From: Octopus sinensis
Lineage: Eukaryota
Length of the DNA: 64,000 nucleotides
Reading direction: 5' to 3'
Assembly (NCBI RefSeq): GCF_006345805.1
Contig: NC_043013.1
Coordinates: forward strand, 41,230,001-41,294,000
The notes below the pieces were generated by a model, which saw only the letters and a program-made list of their open reading frames with translations, made no database searches and was not told where the DNA came from. Position numbers and translations under genes: made by a program. Numbering within the stretch: the first letter of the stretch is position 1; each line of letters starts with the position of its first letter. Of this stretch, positions 14,348 through 26,585 are shown in pieces.

Positions 14348-14782
14348 CCTCTTTATGACCTTAAACTACATGAAGTAGTGGGGGCCTGGTTTGGGAATTC
14401 CAGGGTTTTAAAGGGTGTGGCACTACCTCTTAGCCACTATTGTTCCCTGGTCTATTCAGAGTTGGTGCACCTATTAAGATCCTATCTGGGGATTAACAAG
14501 CATGTAAACTGACAGGAATGAAGTACCACCAGTTCTCCATAGAACTTCCTTCAAGGAAAAGGGAAATTCGTATAAGAAAACTCGAAGTGCTTATCGGTTT
14601 CTGGTGGTCTCAACCTCTGTTGTGCCACTGGTTTTACAACTGTTTGCACTGGAAAGCTCTTTATCATTCAAGGTAAATTCACACGCAGGAATTTCTTGGA
14701 CTGTCAGAAATTCTACACGGAGTTTAGGAAGAGATCTTACTCAGTCGCTACCATCATATACATATATACATTCACATATAGT

Positions 14783-15166
14783 CTTTTACTTGTTTCAGTC
14801 ATTTGACTACGGCCATGCTGGAGCACCGCCGTTAGTCGAGCAAATCGACCCCAGGACTTATTCTTTGTAAGCCTAGTGCTTATTGTATCAGTACTTTTGC
14901 CGCTAAGTTTTGGGGACGTAAACACACCAGCATCGGTTGTCAAGCAATGTTGGGGGAACAAACACAGACACACAGACACACATACATATATATATATATA
15001 TACGTATACATATATATGACGGGCTTCTTTCAGTTTCCGTCTACCAAATCCACTCACACGGATTTTCTCGGTCCGAGGCTTTAGTAGAAGGTGCCACGCA
15101 GTGGGACTGAACCCGGAACCATGTGGTTGATAAGCAAGCTACTTACCACACAGTAACTCTTGCGCC
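14783..15166 (-). mobile_element. SINE family A (tRNA head + CORE-like segment), near full length
   Basis: Reverse complement of the family A pattern with internal (TA)/(TG) microsatellite. Confidence 0.85.
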
Positions 15167-15836
15167 TACATACGTACGCATACACACGCACCACACACGA
15201 GCACAGACACACATACACACACACATACACAAGTACATAGCGTCCTTTTTAGGATAATAAATATCCTCTCAATTTTTTATAACGACATTTTCCAATTAAT
15301 CTATCAATACATACATATTGATTGATCGATTTATATATTTTCGAAAATGTCATTAACAAAAAATTAAGAAAATACGAAAAATAGTTTGAAAAACATAAAA
15401 AGAAAACTTTAAGAAACTGAGATAAAAATTTTATACTTCATTTAAATAACGATGCGGGCACCTTGAATCACCCTACACGCGGACCATACACACATTTACG
15501 CACAATCAAATCGGCACAGGCACACACACACACACAAACACACATGCATACACATATGCACACATACATACATGCTCGCATAATTCTCCCATACATATAT
15601 ACACACACATGCATACGCATATACTGAGAAGGTAAGAGGTTTTACACAATTAGATCTATATTGAAAAAAGCAACAAGAAGAAAATACTTTGAGAATTTTG
15701 TCATGGATAAAAGAGTATTTATATTTTTATTACAGTATGCCACCGGTTTCAATTCCTGAAAATAACTAATTCGAATTTTTAACTGATTGAAACCGGTAGG
15801 AAATTGTTCCCGAAAATGCTTTAATATATACATACA

Positions 15837-16007
15837 GGCGCAGGAGTGGCTGTGTGGTAAGTAGCTTGCTAACCAACCACATGGTTCCGGGTTCAGTCCC
15901 ACTGCGTGACATCTTGGGCAAGTGTCTTCTGCTATAGCCCCGGGCCGACCAATGCCTTGTGAGTGGATTTGGTAGACGGAAACTGAAAGAAGCCTGTCGT
16001 ATATATG

Positions 16008-16061
<54 letters not shown>

Positions 16062-16246
16062 TCCCCTAGCATTGCTTGACAACCGATGCTGGTGTGTTTA
16101 CGTCACCGTCACTTAGCGGTTCGGCAAAAGAGATCGATAGAATAAGTACTGGGCTTACAAAGAATAAGTCCCGGGGTTGATTTGCTCCACTAAAGGCGGT
16201 GCTCCAGCATGGCCGCAGTCAAATGACTGAAACAAGTAAAAGAGTA
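15837..16246 (+). mobile_element. SINE family A, full length
   Basis: GGCGCAGGAGTGGCTGTGTGG A box, GGGTTCAGTCCC B box, CORE-like CTTGGGCAAGTGTCTT, internal microsatellite, AAGAGTA tail. Resembles octopus OR-type CORE-SINEs (from recall, not searched). Confidence 0.9.
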
Positions 16247-16297
16247 TATATATATGTCGCCGTCACTCTCTCCTTTGTCTCTCCCTCTCTCCCTCCC

Positions 16298-16328
<31 letters not shown>

Positions 16329-16365
16329 CATACATACATAAATATATATATGTATACACACACAC

Positions 16366-16396
<31 letters not shown>

Positions 16397-17399
16397 TGTA
16401 TGTATGTATGTATGTATGTATCAGTGGCTACTCCGGCACTCGGGCTGTTCGGGCTTAGCCCGATTATAAGCTTAGTAAAGTGAATGTGTATTTGCATGCT
16501 GATTTAATTTCTGTCAACACTGATTTTAAGTATGTAATTGCAGCCTGGCTCCTTTTATTGAGCCGGTCGCAGTTCATTCATTTTCGTTCAGCGTCTGGCG
16601 ATCGTGTTAGAGGTGACCCGTGTCAAAAGATATCATTCGTAGCAGAACTTCTCCCGACATCGTTCACACGCGACTGATTCGGGCTAAGAAGTTACATCTC
16701 GAGTTGTTATCTATAATCGTAAAAATTAAAACTAATTCAATTTCAATGCTTTCTTGAAATAATAAATTTCTGTAGAGATTAGGATTTAAATTCCAATCTA
16801 TGAAAAGATTCCCTTCTACAATATTCTTAAAGGAACGAAAAATTATCCAGCAACTCGGGCTAATACCAACGAGCATGGTAGGTGTAAAAGACAAACTGGC
16901 ATCTCTTGTCTAGTGTACAGGCGACAGTCACATCGCTGATGCTTATTTTTCACGCCGCTGTCGTTATTTGATTGATGTTATTCTGTGCGTCTGTGTGTAA
17001 AGATTAGTTGTTTTGTGGGGTTGCTTAATTTTTAACCTTAACTTAGAAATGGGGGAAAGTCATAGTGCTAGATTAAAAAAAAACCCACGGCAACAGCACC
17101 ACTATTTAATTCATGCTGCTTTGTTTATCGTTGATTCATTCATCACTGATTCAGGATAACACGGTATGCTCAATTACGACCTATGTTACGCTTATCACTG
17201 ATTGATCTAGGATAATCTAGGATAATCTAGGTGATCAGTCGAAGATTCTGTTTGTACCCACAATACTCAGGTACCCAGAATGCACAGGTTATTGTTTGTG
17301 TTTACTGCTACGAGACAGCGTATACTTTTACACGGATTACACACTTGTGCCATCAACATGGGATCATTGTACAGAAAATCTACGAAGGCACCTGATTCT

Positions 17400-17545
17400 A
17401 GCAAACGAAGCAGACAAGTGTATTCTCTACAAGAAAAAGGTAGAAATGATCAAGAAAATACGTGACGGTGGAAGCGTACTTGCCTTGGGTCGTGAGTTTG
17501 GTGTGAATGAATCTACCATTCGTTCCATTTACAACGTGCATGGAG
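17400..17545 (+). pseudogene. pogo/Tigger-type transposase N-terminal HTH (psq/CENP-B-like) fragment
   Basis: Translation KKKVEMIKKIRDGGSVLALGREFGVNESTIRSI fits the Tigger first-HTH pattern. Upstream frameshift; no catalytic domain follows. Confidence 0.7.
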
Positions 17546-18145
17546 ATAGATGATTCTTTCATCACTGTGTTTTATTATTTATCAAATATCCGTGATAAAC
17601 GATGATTGGTGTGCTAGAAAATGGGGAAGCCTCTACGTAATGACGGGGGAAGCTTAGTTGCTGTGGACCGCGAATCTGCTGTCAATGAATCTACCATTCG
17701 TTCTAGTGCATGAAGATAGATGATTCCCTCATAACTGCTTTATATTTTACCGAATATCCGTGATAAACGAGGTTTAGTGTACTAGAAAATGGGGAAGCCT
17801 CTACGTGGTGACGATGGAAAAATAGTTGCTGTGGGCCGCGAATCTGCAGTCAATGAATCGACCATTCTTTCTAGTGCATGGAGATAGATGATTCCCTCAT
17901 AACTGCTTTATATTTTACCGAATATCCGTGATAAACGAGATTTGGCGTGCTAGAAAATGGGGAATCCTCTACGTAGCGACGGTGGAAACTTAGTTGCTGT
18001 GGACCGCGAATCTGCTATCAATGAATCTATCATTCGTTCTCATGCATGGAGATAGATGTTTCTTTCATAACTGCTTTATATTTTACCGAATATCCGTGAT
18101 AAACGAGGTTTGGTGTGCAAGTAAATGGGGAAGCCTGTACGTAGG
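17464..18145 (+). repeat. Tandem repeat, ~168-bp unit x4
   Basis: AATGAATCTACCATTCG-like motif recurs at 17506, 17684, 17852 and 18020. Confidence 0.9.
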
Positions 18146-18489
18146 GGCTATATTAGCTAGGAATAACTGCTAATCTTTTTCAAATAAACTCGTACCGTAG
18201 CAATTACATACATGGTTGGTTTTCATCTGCTGAGAGATTATATCTGAAGAACCAGAAGAGTAACTAGAGACGGCCCTTGTTCATATTTCTGTAGAGCTGG
18301 AGCTGCAAAAAGAAAAAAACAAGAACAGAAACAGCAACAAAAGCGGCTAGGACAACAACAACAACAACAGCAAAGATGCAAGCAGCAACAACAGAAGCAA
18401 TATAAAGATAAATTCTTCGTAGCAAGAGACTTTAAGAAAATTGATTTGGCCTGAAGAGGAAACGAACCTAACGTTTCGGTCATTTTACC

Positions 18490-19090
18490 ACCCCCTCCTC
18501 GTACTCGTCCTCCACTCCCCGTCGTTGTCGTCCTCCTCCTCCTCCATCATATTTTATCTCTCCTTTTTCATCTTTTCTTCATCATCTTTCTTCATGCTCC
18601 TCCTCCTCCCTTCCTTCACCTTCTCCTTCTCTTCCACTTCTTCCTCCTTCTCTTCCACTTCCTCCTTCTCTTCCATCTCTTCCTCCACTTCCACAACCAC
18701 CACCACCACCACCACCTCCTCCTTCTCCTCCTTCTCCTCCTCCACCTCTTCCCCCTCTTCCTCTTCCCCCCTTTCCTCCATCTTGTTCTCTTTCTCCTTT
18801 TTCTTTTCCATTTCCCCATCATCTTTCTTCGTGCTCCTTTTCCCCCTCCTCCCCCTCCTCTTCATCCTCCTCCCCCTTTTCATGCTCCCCCTCCCCCTCC
18901 CCTTCCACCACAACTACCACAACCACCACCACCACCACCTCATATCCATTCTCCTCCTCCTGCACCTGCCCCTCCTTCTTCTTATAGCTACAATACATGA
19001 AGTATTGTTGCCTTGGTTGCAGCAGATTCATTGGAATCGAGATTCTACTTAATAATAATAATAATAATAATAATAATAGTAATAATAATA
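18490..19090. repeat. Pyrimidine-rich (TCC/TTC/CAC)n low-complexity tract followed by (AAT)n
   Basis: Directly visible simple repeats. Confidence 0.9.
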
Positions 19091-19495
19091 ATGCTTCAAG
19101 TGTTTATCTTAAATTCAATATGTCGTCGTAAGAGTAAGAATCTAAAAGACCATTGAATGACTTCAGACAGTTATTGTTGCGTAGATTCCAGCGAAGGTGG
19201 TTTTAATTCTTCATTTGAGACCAATGAGTTCCTTGTTTATTGAAGAAATGTCGACAGTATGAGACTAACAACACAGACACATATACACACACACACACAC
19301 AGGTGCAGATACACACACATGCGCATACACGCGCACACGCGCACACACTCACACACACGCATATACATGTATGTATATATGTATATGAGTATACTTGCAT
19401 GTATGTTATGTATCTGTGTGTGTGTATCTACGTATGTATGTGTATGTATTTGTGTGTGTGTATATTCATACTGCTATATTTCTCTCTCTTTCCCC

Positions 19496-19542
<47 letters not shown>

Positions 19543-20318
19543 GGGAGAGAGAGAGAGAAAGGAACGATAAATCCTTCGCATACCCAGAGGCACGAACACA
19601 CACACACACGCACACCGCATATATATATATATACGTAATATAAACGTATATATATATATATATATATACACATATATATACATATATAAATATATATATA
19701 CACATAAATATATTTGTATGTATATTAATATATATTTATATATATATAAGTACATACACATGCACACATATACAGGGACACAGTCAACCTCACATACAAG
19801 CAAATATGTACCCAAATATCTACACACCTCACGCACAGAGAAGCTCGCATACAAACATACATACATATGCATAAATCATAGTCACACACCGAGAGATAAA
19901 GATATATACACAAACAGCACGCGCGTACACATACACACACACACACACTCATAAACATTCATATTCATATACAGACACATACACAAGAACATAGTGACAC
20001 ACACATAACACGCAAACATACACCAGCTCTCACACGCACGTATATACACATACACATACCCATACACATACAGAGATATACACACGAGAACCGATACACG
20101 TACATACAACACAAGCCTATCTCATTATTTCCCACTGTGTCATTGTTTACTAGCGTCTGTTGTAATTTAATATATTTACATAAGTCTTTTAAAAGTCAAA
20201 TGTTCATTAAAAATATAAATAAATGCAGATAAATCTACAATACATACACACTTACATACACACACACACACATATACATATACTCATATATACATACATG
20301 CATACATACGTATATATA

Positions 20319-20358
<40 letters not shown>

Positions 20359-21335
20359 ATATATATATATATATATATATACAACTCGCATACATATGAA
20401 AAGATTATATAACTGCGTACGCCTGTCTTTGTTGATATATATATATGTATGTATGTATGTATTCATTCATTCTTTTATACCTTTATTCTGCTATACATTT
20501 ATTGGTTTCTGGTTATTGGCTCTGATATGATCGACTTAAATTATAGACTTGATATGATCCACTAAATTCATGAAGCCGGTATCCTATACAGAATTTCTGT
20601 GCATAAATAACAACAGCGATCTCTAAGTGGTCTCAACAGTAAAGACAGCTCAGAAGACAGACACATTCACAAACATCTACGCAGATACACACACACGCAC
20701 ACACACACACACACATACACACATGCACGCACGCATGCGCGCGAGTGTATATATATGCCTTATTTAATAACAGCTTCATGCGTTTCCATGCAGCTTAAAG
20801 ATTCGTAGGCTCATCACACAAACGTAGCTCATCCGGTTTGATTCATGTGACGAATTTACCAAATTTGAAGTTGCATGGCAACCGAACGAAACTGTAGTTA
20901 GATAGTACATGCAACTTCTACGAAATGTTCTGAGTGTCTCTAGCCGAAAGGCCACAAGTATAGCCGTCATTTTAGTGACGGTGGGTGCTAGTCATACCAA
21001 ATAAATAAATTAACGAATGACTATGGGTGCACCTAAGAGGTTCCCCTCCGGAGTACAAGTCTGGGCAGAAAGTCGGCTCACAAGCGAACGCACAACCTAG
21101 GGTTATTTTTATGGATGATCAGCAGTCGCCCATGCATACCAGCTACCCCTTTCCACGCCACTGATGTTATCCAAGGGAAAGGCAAAAGTGGATACAGCTT
21201 AGCACCAGTGACGACTTTGCTTTTCATCCTTTCAGGGTTGATAAATTAAGTACCAGTTGCGCACTGGGCTCAATCTAATCGACTGGCCCCTTCCCCAAAT
21301 TTTCGGAGTAAATGCGCTAAGCATTTTTACGTATC

Positions 21336-21396
21336 ATCACAATTTAGGTTAGTTGAAGTATGTGACAAACATATTTCAACTAACCTAAATTGTGAT
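21336..21396. repeat. 61-bp hairpin: 28-bp arms, 5-nt loop
   Basis: ATCACAATTTAGGTTAGTTGAAGTATGT / ACATATTTCAACTAACCTAAATTGTGAT; 27/28 complementary, one G:T. Confidence 0.9.
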
Positions 21397-21400
21397 TATG

Positions 21401-21440
<40 letters not shown>

Positions 21441-21479
21441 CGCATATATATACACACACACACAAATATATACATATAC

Positions 21480-21672
21480 ATTCACCATGAGAGATCGCTA
21501 GCTACTACACATTCTTTAATTTCTCTCCTTGCTTCTTTCTGTGTTCCTTTCTGTGGGAGAGCTTAGGCTCGAAACGTTAAAGACTTTTTCACTTCCCGAG
21601 CGTTATACTAATACATCTGTTTGTTGTCTACACCACCTGTCTTCATCTTTTGTTTTTTGTGAATTCTCCCCT
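21480..21672 (+). mobile_element. Short pLTR-like element in (TA)n with minimal hammerhead-like motif (21547-21582)
   Basis: CUUU-CUGUGGG-A-GAGC-UUAG-GCUC-GAAACGUU-AAAG: stems I and II and the ACGU palindrome are intact; the core deviates from CUGANGA. The 3' end abuts (TA)n. Confidence 0.55.
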
Positions 21673-21688
21673 ATATATACATACATAC

Positions 21689-21728
<40 letters not shown>

Positions 21729-22699
21729 CAAAATTTGGTCATGGACATGTTCAATCCTTCATCAGTTATCGAGCAAAAATGGTTATCATTGTTTAATTTG
21801 GTAGCGCCAAGAACAAAGGTTGCTGGGATATAAATCAGGGAACAGGAGTACGAACAAGAATAAAATAAGACAAATATAAAAAAAAAAGATGAGACATAAA
21901 GGACGAGGAATGAGGAGAAAGGAAAACTATATTAAACGAAAACGACGCAGATGTTGACACAAGTAAAACAAGGCTTTTGCGAATATGACGCTACTAGGAA
22001 AGAATGTTGTCCGTTTGGCTGTGGGAAATATATATAGTAAAACAAGAAACAGGAACTTAGGCGTTGGCAAACCATAAGCTGCAATTGAATTTAAAGTGTT
22101 AGACAAATCAAGATCTGAATAGAATACTACTGATGAAAAAACGATCAGTGCCAATAAGGATGGGTAATTTTAAGGAAGAAATGTGGTCATGTGGTATCTT
22201 TTGGGAGGGCAGAGAAGAAAAGAGCAGTTGAGGATTGAAAGAAATAGAAAGAGTGGTATAGAAGGAAGGGTCGCACAGGAGAAAATGAATGAATAAGAAT
22301 TGACAAATCTAGAAAGAGGAGAGGGGAGAGGTATGTAGATAGAGAGAGAATGATAGATGGAAGGTAAGATAGGAAATGTAGAAGGAAGAGTCAGTGAAAT
22401 TGTAGAAGGAAAGAAGGTTGAATGCCAAGGACAGAAAAGGATAGACGGAAAAAAGCAATAGAAGAGTAAAGTAAGAAAGGAAAAGAAGTCAGGTAGATGA
22501 TTAGAAAGGCATTGTCACGCACAGGTAGAGAAAATGGAAATAAAGTGCGTAGCAGTACAATTAATGGCGATGATGGTAGTAAAATGTTGCAGAGGAAGAA
22601 GACAAAGGAACGTGCGGAGGACAGGGGAAAAAAAAAAACTCACGAAGGACGTGGACGTTCTCAAACCCTGATTCTTTATCGACCAAATAATCAGCTAAA

Positions 22700-22858
22700 T
22701 CTAGTAACCATCCTATCATATACCTATGTTTTCTAAACCAGTTGACGAGGAGACAGTTTAGTAATTATGTATAATTTATCTGCACATTACCGATATAAAC
22801 ATAGTTCCATTTCCAGGGAAAATACATTGAACACTTACGCATATTATATATATATATT

Positions 22859-22905
<47 letters not shown>

Positions 22906-22917
22906 TATATATGTATG

Positions 22918-22961
<44 letters not shown>

Positions 22962-23145
22962 ATGTATGTTTATATACAACACATACACACACACATATGT
23001 ATATATATATTTATATACATATATATATATAAATCTAGGTTCAGTCGCTTTCTCTTTCTCCCTCTCTCTCTCTCCACACACATACACATACGTATATGTA
23101 TATATATGTATATATACACACACACAAACATATATGTGTATACAC

Positions 23146-23190
<45 letters not shown>

Positions 23191-23326
23191 GTATATATAA
23201 GCATAAGTGTTCTATATATTTTCCCTAGAATTGAGATTATGTTTATATCGATAAAGTATAGATAAATTATACATAATTGCCAAACTGTCTTGCTGTCATC
23301 CGGCGTAGAAATCGTAGGTTACTAGT
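22700..23326. repeat. Fold-back element: ~100-130-bp diverged inverted arms around a pure microsatellite core
   Basis: 22751-22837 (AGACAGTTTAGTAATTATGTATAATTTATC...) is the reverse complement of 23204-23290; weaker similarity extends outward. Confidence 0.75.
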
Positions 23327-23759
23327 TTTATATACGTTATTGTTGCCACAAATTAGACCAGCCGGAAAGGTAGACTAGCATCTTCAAATACAGCCAAAAT
23401 ATCTCTACATAAACAAACACGAACTACATCTACCCGCATTCTACCGTATCTGACTCATCTATGGTTACAACTAGAATCGGGGTTGGGGGTGTATAGAAAA
23501 TTACTGGACAGTCGTGAGAGTGCAGTATGTGCATATACTGCATCCTATTTCATATATGTGTGTCAAATTTCATATATGTGTGTGCTGTATGGTCACTTCT
23601 TAACTGATATGAATCTGAGGCACGCGTCTAGTAGTTCAAGTGGCGTTCTGCCTGCCTTAGTGTCTTCTGCTGGATTACAGATGACATAGGGTTATACAAC
23701 AAGTGTAACAACGTCACTTCACATAGATCTACTACTTGTAACATAGTGCAATACCTCCC

Positions 23760-24050
23760 ATAAAGACCAGCATTTCCCCAATTAACATACGTACACTAAC
23801 ATTTTCCGCACAGAGAGTAAAAAAACCCCATGTGGGCAAACATCTTTCACACAAACCAACGCGTTCCAATATAGAGCATCAAAGACAAGAAATTCCACAC
23901 AAATCAAAACCTTTGCTAATAGATTAACCACTCTCGTAAAGACCAATATATTTCTGATCCACATGCAGAAGCATTTCCTACACAAGCGACATTCTCCCCA
24001 CATGAGCTAACACCTCCCACACAGACGAACATTTTCCCATACAGATCAAT
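23760..24050. repeat. Degenerate ~19-20-bp minisatellite
   Basis: Recurring AACATTTTCCCACACAGAC-like units on the + strand. Confidence 0.5.
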
Positions 24051-24096
24051 AAAGACAAATCATTTACTTATATATAACGATCTACGTAAGCTAACT

Positions 24097-24387
24097 AACT
24101 GGCACTCCGTCGGTTACGACGACGAGGGCTCCAGTTGATGCGATCAACGAAACGGCCGGCTCGTGAAATTAACGTACCCTTCCTATAAATATCCAGGAGA
24201 TTCAGCATGACAGATAATAGGACAAGGCTGGCTGTTTGAAATACGGACACTACTCACTTTTGCTAGTGAGTGGACTGGAGCAATGTGAAATAAATCTCTT
24301 GCTCAAGGACACAATGCACTGTGAGGAATCGAACTCACGACCCTACCGTCGTGGGCTGAATGCCCTAACCACTACGCCACGCACCTT
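24097..24387 (-). mobile_element. SINE family B
   Basis: GGCACTCCGTCGGTTACGACGACGAGGG 3' end (reverse complement) and GGAATCGAACTC B box (reverse complement). Confidence 0.8.
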
Positions 24388-24879
24388 CCATTTCTATGTA
24401 GCGTCAGAGTAAAGGCTTCAGTTTCTCGGGCAATCACGACCAACTCGAGTCTCGTTTCCTTGCCATCGAGTGACTAACTCTTAAGTATTCATATAATTAC
24501 CATACCTCCAGTCGTTCTTCCCCCAAGATATCATCTCAATGGAACTTTGTCCCTTCACAAGACATTCCGTTAAATGTTGCAATAATTCAATAAGAATATC
24601 AATGTCATCGATATCAGCGAACTCAAAGGACTTGTAAACACTATAAGGGCTGTCCTTTCGCTCAGACGCAGGAAATAATAAATAAATAAATAGATAAATA
24701 AATAAAGCCTTACGCATAGTGCAGAAATGGTTGTATGGTTAAGAAGTTGGCTTTGCAGCCACCCCGTTTCGGGTTCAATCCCACCTTGGGCATGTTTCAT
24801 CTTCGATAACCTCGGATTAACCAATATATTGTGTGTGAATTTGGTATGCAGAAACTGCGTGGAAGCTCGTTCTATATAT

Positions 24880-25090
24880 ATATAAATAAATGAAAGAATG
24901 GAGTCGAACGACGATTTAACAAAATTCCTTTATTCTCGACATATGTTTCAAAGACTGCATATTCTCAATTCCGAAGGAATAAAGGGTGCATTATGCCGCC
25001 TTCTCATCAGGAAAGACAAGGAACTTATGTCAGCATCATGACGAACAAAAGCTTTTGGATGATGCCCACACGGAGTCCATAGCGATAATA
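24880..25090 (-). mobile_element. ~210-bp solo pLTR/retrozyme-like element between (TA)n tracts
   Basis: Unique sequence bounded by TA runs and containing the HHR below. Confidence 0.65.
24925..25023 (-). ncRNA. Type-I hammerhead ribozyme, apparently intact
   Basis: UUCCUU-GUC-UUUC [CUGAUGA] GAAGGC-G-GCAUA...UAUGC-A-GUCUUU [GAAA] C-AUAU-GUC^GAGA-AUA-AAGGAA. Stem I is 4 bp + 3x3 loop + 6 bp; stem II is 6+5 bp; stem III is palindromic; predicted cut between 24938 and 24937. Confidence 0.85.
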
Positions 25091-25122
25091 ATATATATAT
25101 GTATATATATATATATAATATA

Positions 25123-25204
<82 letters not shown>

Positions 25205-25210
25205 TTATAT

Positions 25211-25563
25211 GCGCAGGAGTGGCTGTGTGGTAAGTAGCTTGCTAACCAACCACATGGTTCCGGGTTCAGTGCCACTGCGTGGCATCTTGGGCAGGTGTCT
25301 TCTGCTATAGCCCCGGGCCGACCAATGCTTTGTGAGTGGATTTGGTAGACGGAAACTGAAAGAAGCCTGTCGTATATATGTATATATGTATATGTGTGTG
25401 TGTGTTTGTGTGTGTCTCTGTTTGTCCCACTAGCGGTTCGGCAAAAGAGACCGATAGAATAAGTACTGAGCTTACAAAGAATAAGTCCTGGGGTCGATTT
25501 GCTCGACTAAAGGCGGTGCTCCAGCATGGCCGCAGTCAAATGACTGAAACAAGTAAAAGAGTA
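25211..25563 (+). mobile_element. SINE family A with internal deletion
   Basis: Family A head and tail; jumps from TTTGTCCCA to CTAGCGGTTCGG. Confidence 0.85.
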
Positions 25564-25609
25564 TATATATATATATAGATAAGAAAGTTTGTTTGTATAT
25601 ATATATATA

Positions 25610-26025
25610 GGCGCAGGTGTGGCTGTGTGGTAAGTAGCTTGTTTACCAACCACATGGTTCTGGGTTCGGTCCCACTGCGTGGCATGTTAGGCAAGTGTCT
25701 TCTGCTATAGCCCCGGGCCGACCAATGCCTTGTGAGTGGATTTGGTAGACGGAAACTGAAAGAAGCCTGTCGTATATGTGTATATATATATGTATGTGTG
25801 TGTATGTGTTTGTGTGTCTGTATTTGTCCCCCTAACATTGCTTGACAACCGATGCTGGCTGGTATATTTACGTCCCCGTCACTTAGCGGTTCGGCAAAAG
25901 AGACCGATAGAATAAGTACTGGGCTTACAAAGAATAAGTCCCGGGGTCGATTTGCTCGACTAAAGGCGGTGCTCCAGCATGGCCGCAGTCAAATGACTGA
26001 AACAAGTAAAAGAGTAAAAAGAGTA
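25610..26025 (+). mobile_element. SINE family A, full length
   Basis: Full family A pattern, tandem to the previous copy. Confidence 0.9.
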
Positions 26026-26224
26026 ATATATATATATATATATATATATATAAACAAAAGAATATATTTAAATATAAATATATGTGTGTGTATGCATATG
26101 TGAGTGTATGCATAGTGCGCATATGTGTGCGCATGTGTGTGCCTGTGTATCTTTGTCGCCCCCGCCACTTCACAACAGCCGTTATTTTGTGAACGTTCAC
26201 GTAAATTAGCGGGTTGGTAACAAA

Positions 26225-26540
26225 GTGGCACTCCGTCGGTTGCGACAACAAGGGTTTCAACTGATCCGATCAACGGAACAACCTGCTCTTGAAACTAACC
26301 TGCAAGTGGCTGAGTACTCCACAGACACGCTTACCCTTAACGTAGTTCTCGAGGAGATTCGCGAGACACAGAATGGGGCAAGGCAGGCCCTTTGAAATAC
26401 AGACACCACTCATTTTCGCCAGCTGAGTGGACTGGAGCAACTTGGAAGAAAGTGTCTTGCTCAAGAACATAGGGCGCCGCTGGAATCGAACTCACGACTT
26501 TACGATTATGAACCGATTACCTAAGCCACTAAACCACGGG
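26225..26540 (-). mobile_element. SINE family B
   Basis: Reverse complement of the family B pattern, including AAAGTGTCTTGCTCAAG. Confidence 0.8.
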
Positions 26541-26585
26541 TCAGCAACAAAAACAAATGAAAAAACAAAACAACTTATTAAATAA

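Noticed and set aside
18300-18455. Poly-Q-like segment after an AG acceptor
   Set aside because: Needs a frame change, is CAA/CAG low complexity, ends in a stop and has no partner exons.
20776-21000. Protein-like reading (DEFTKFEVAWQPNETVVR...)
   Set aside because: In-frame stops in all frames and no recognisable family.
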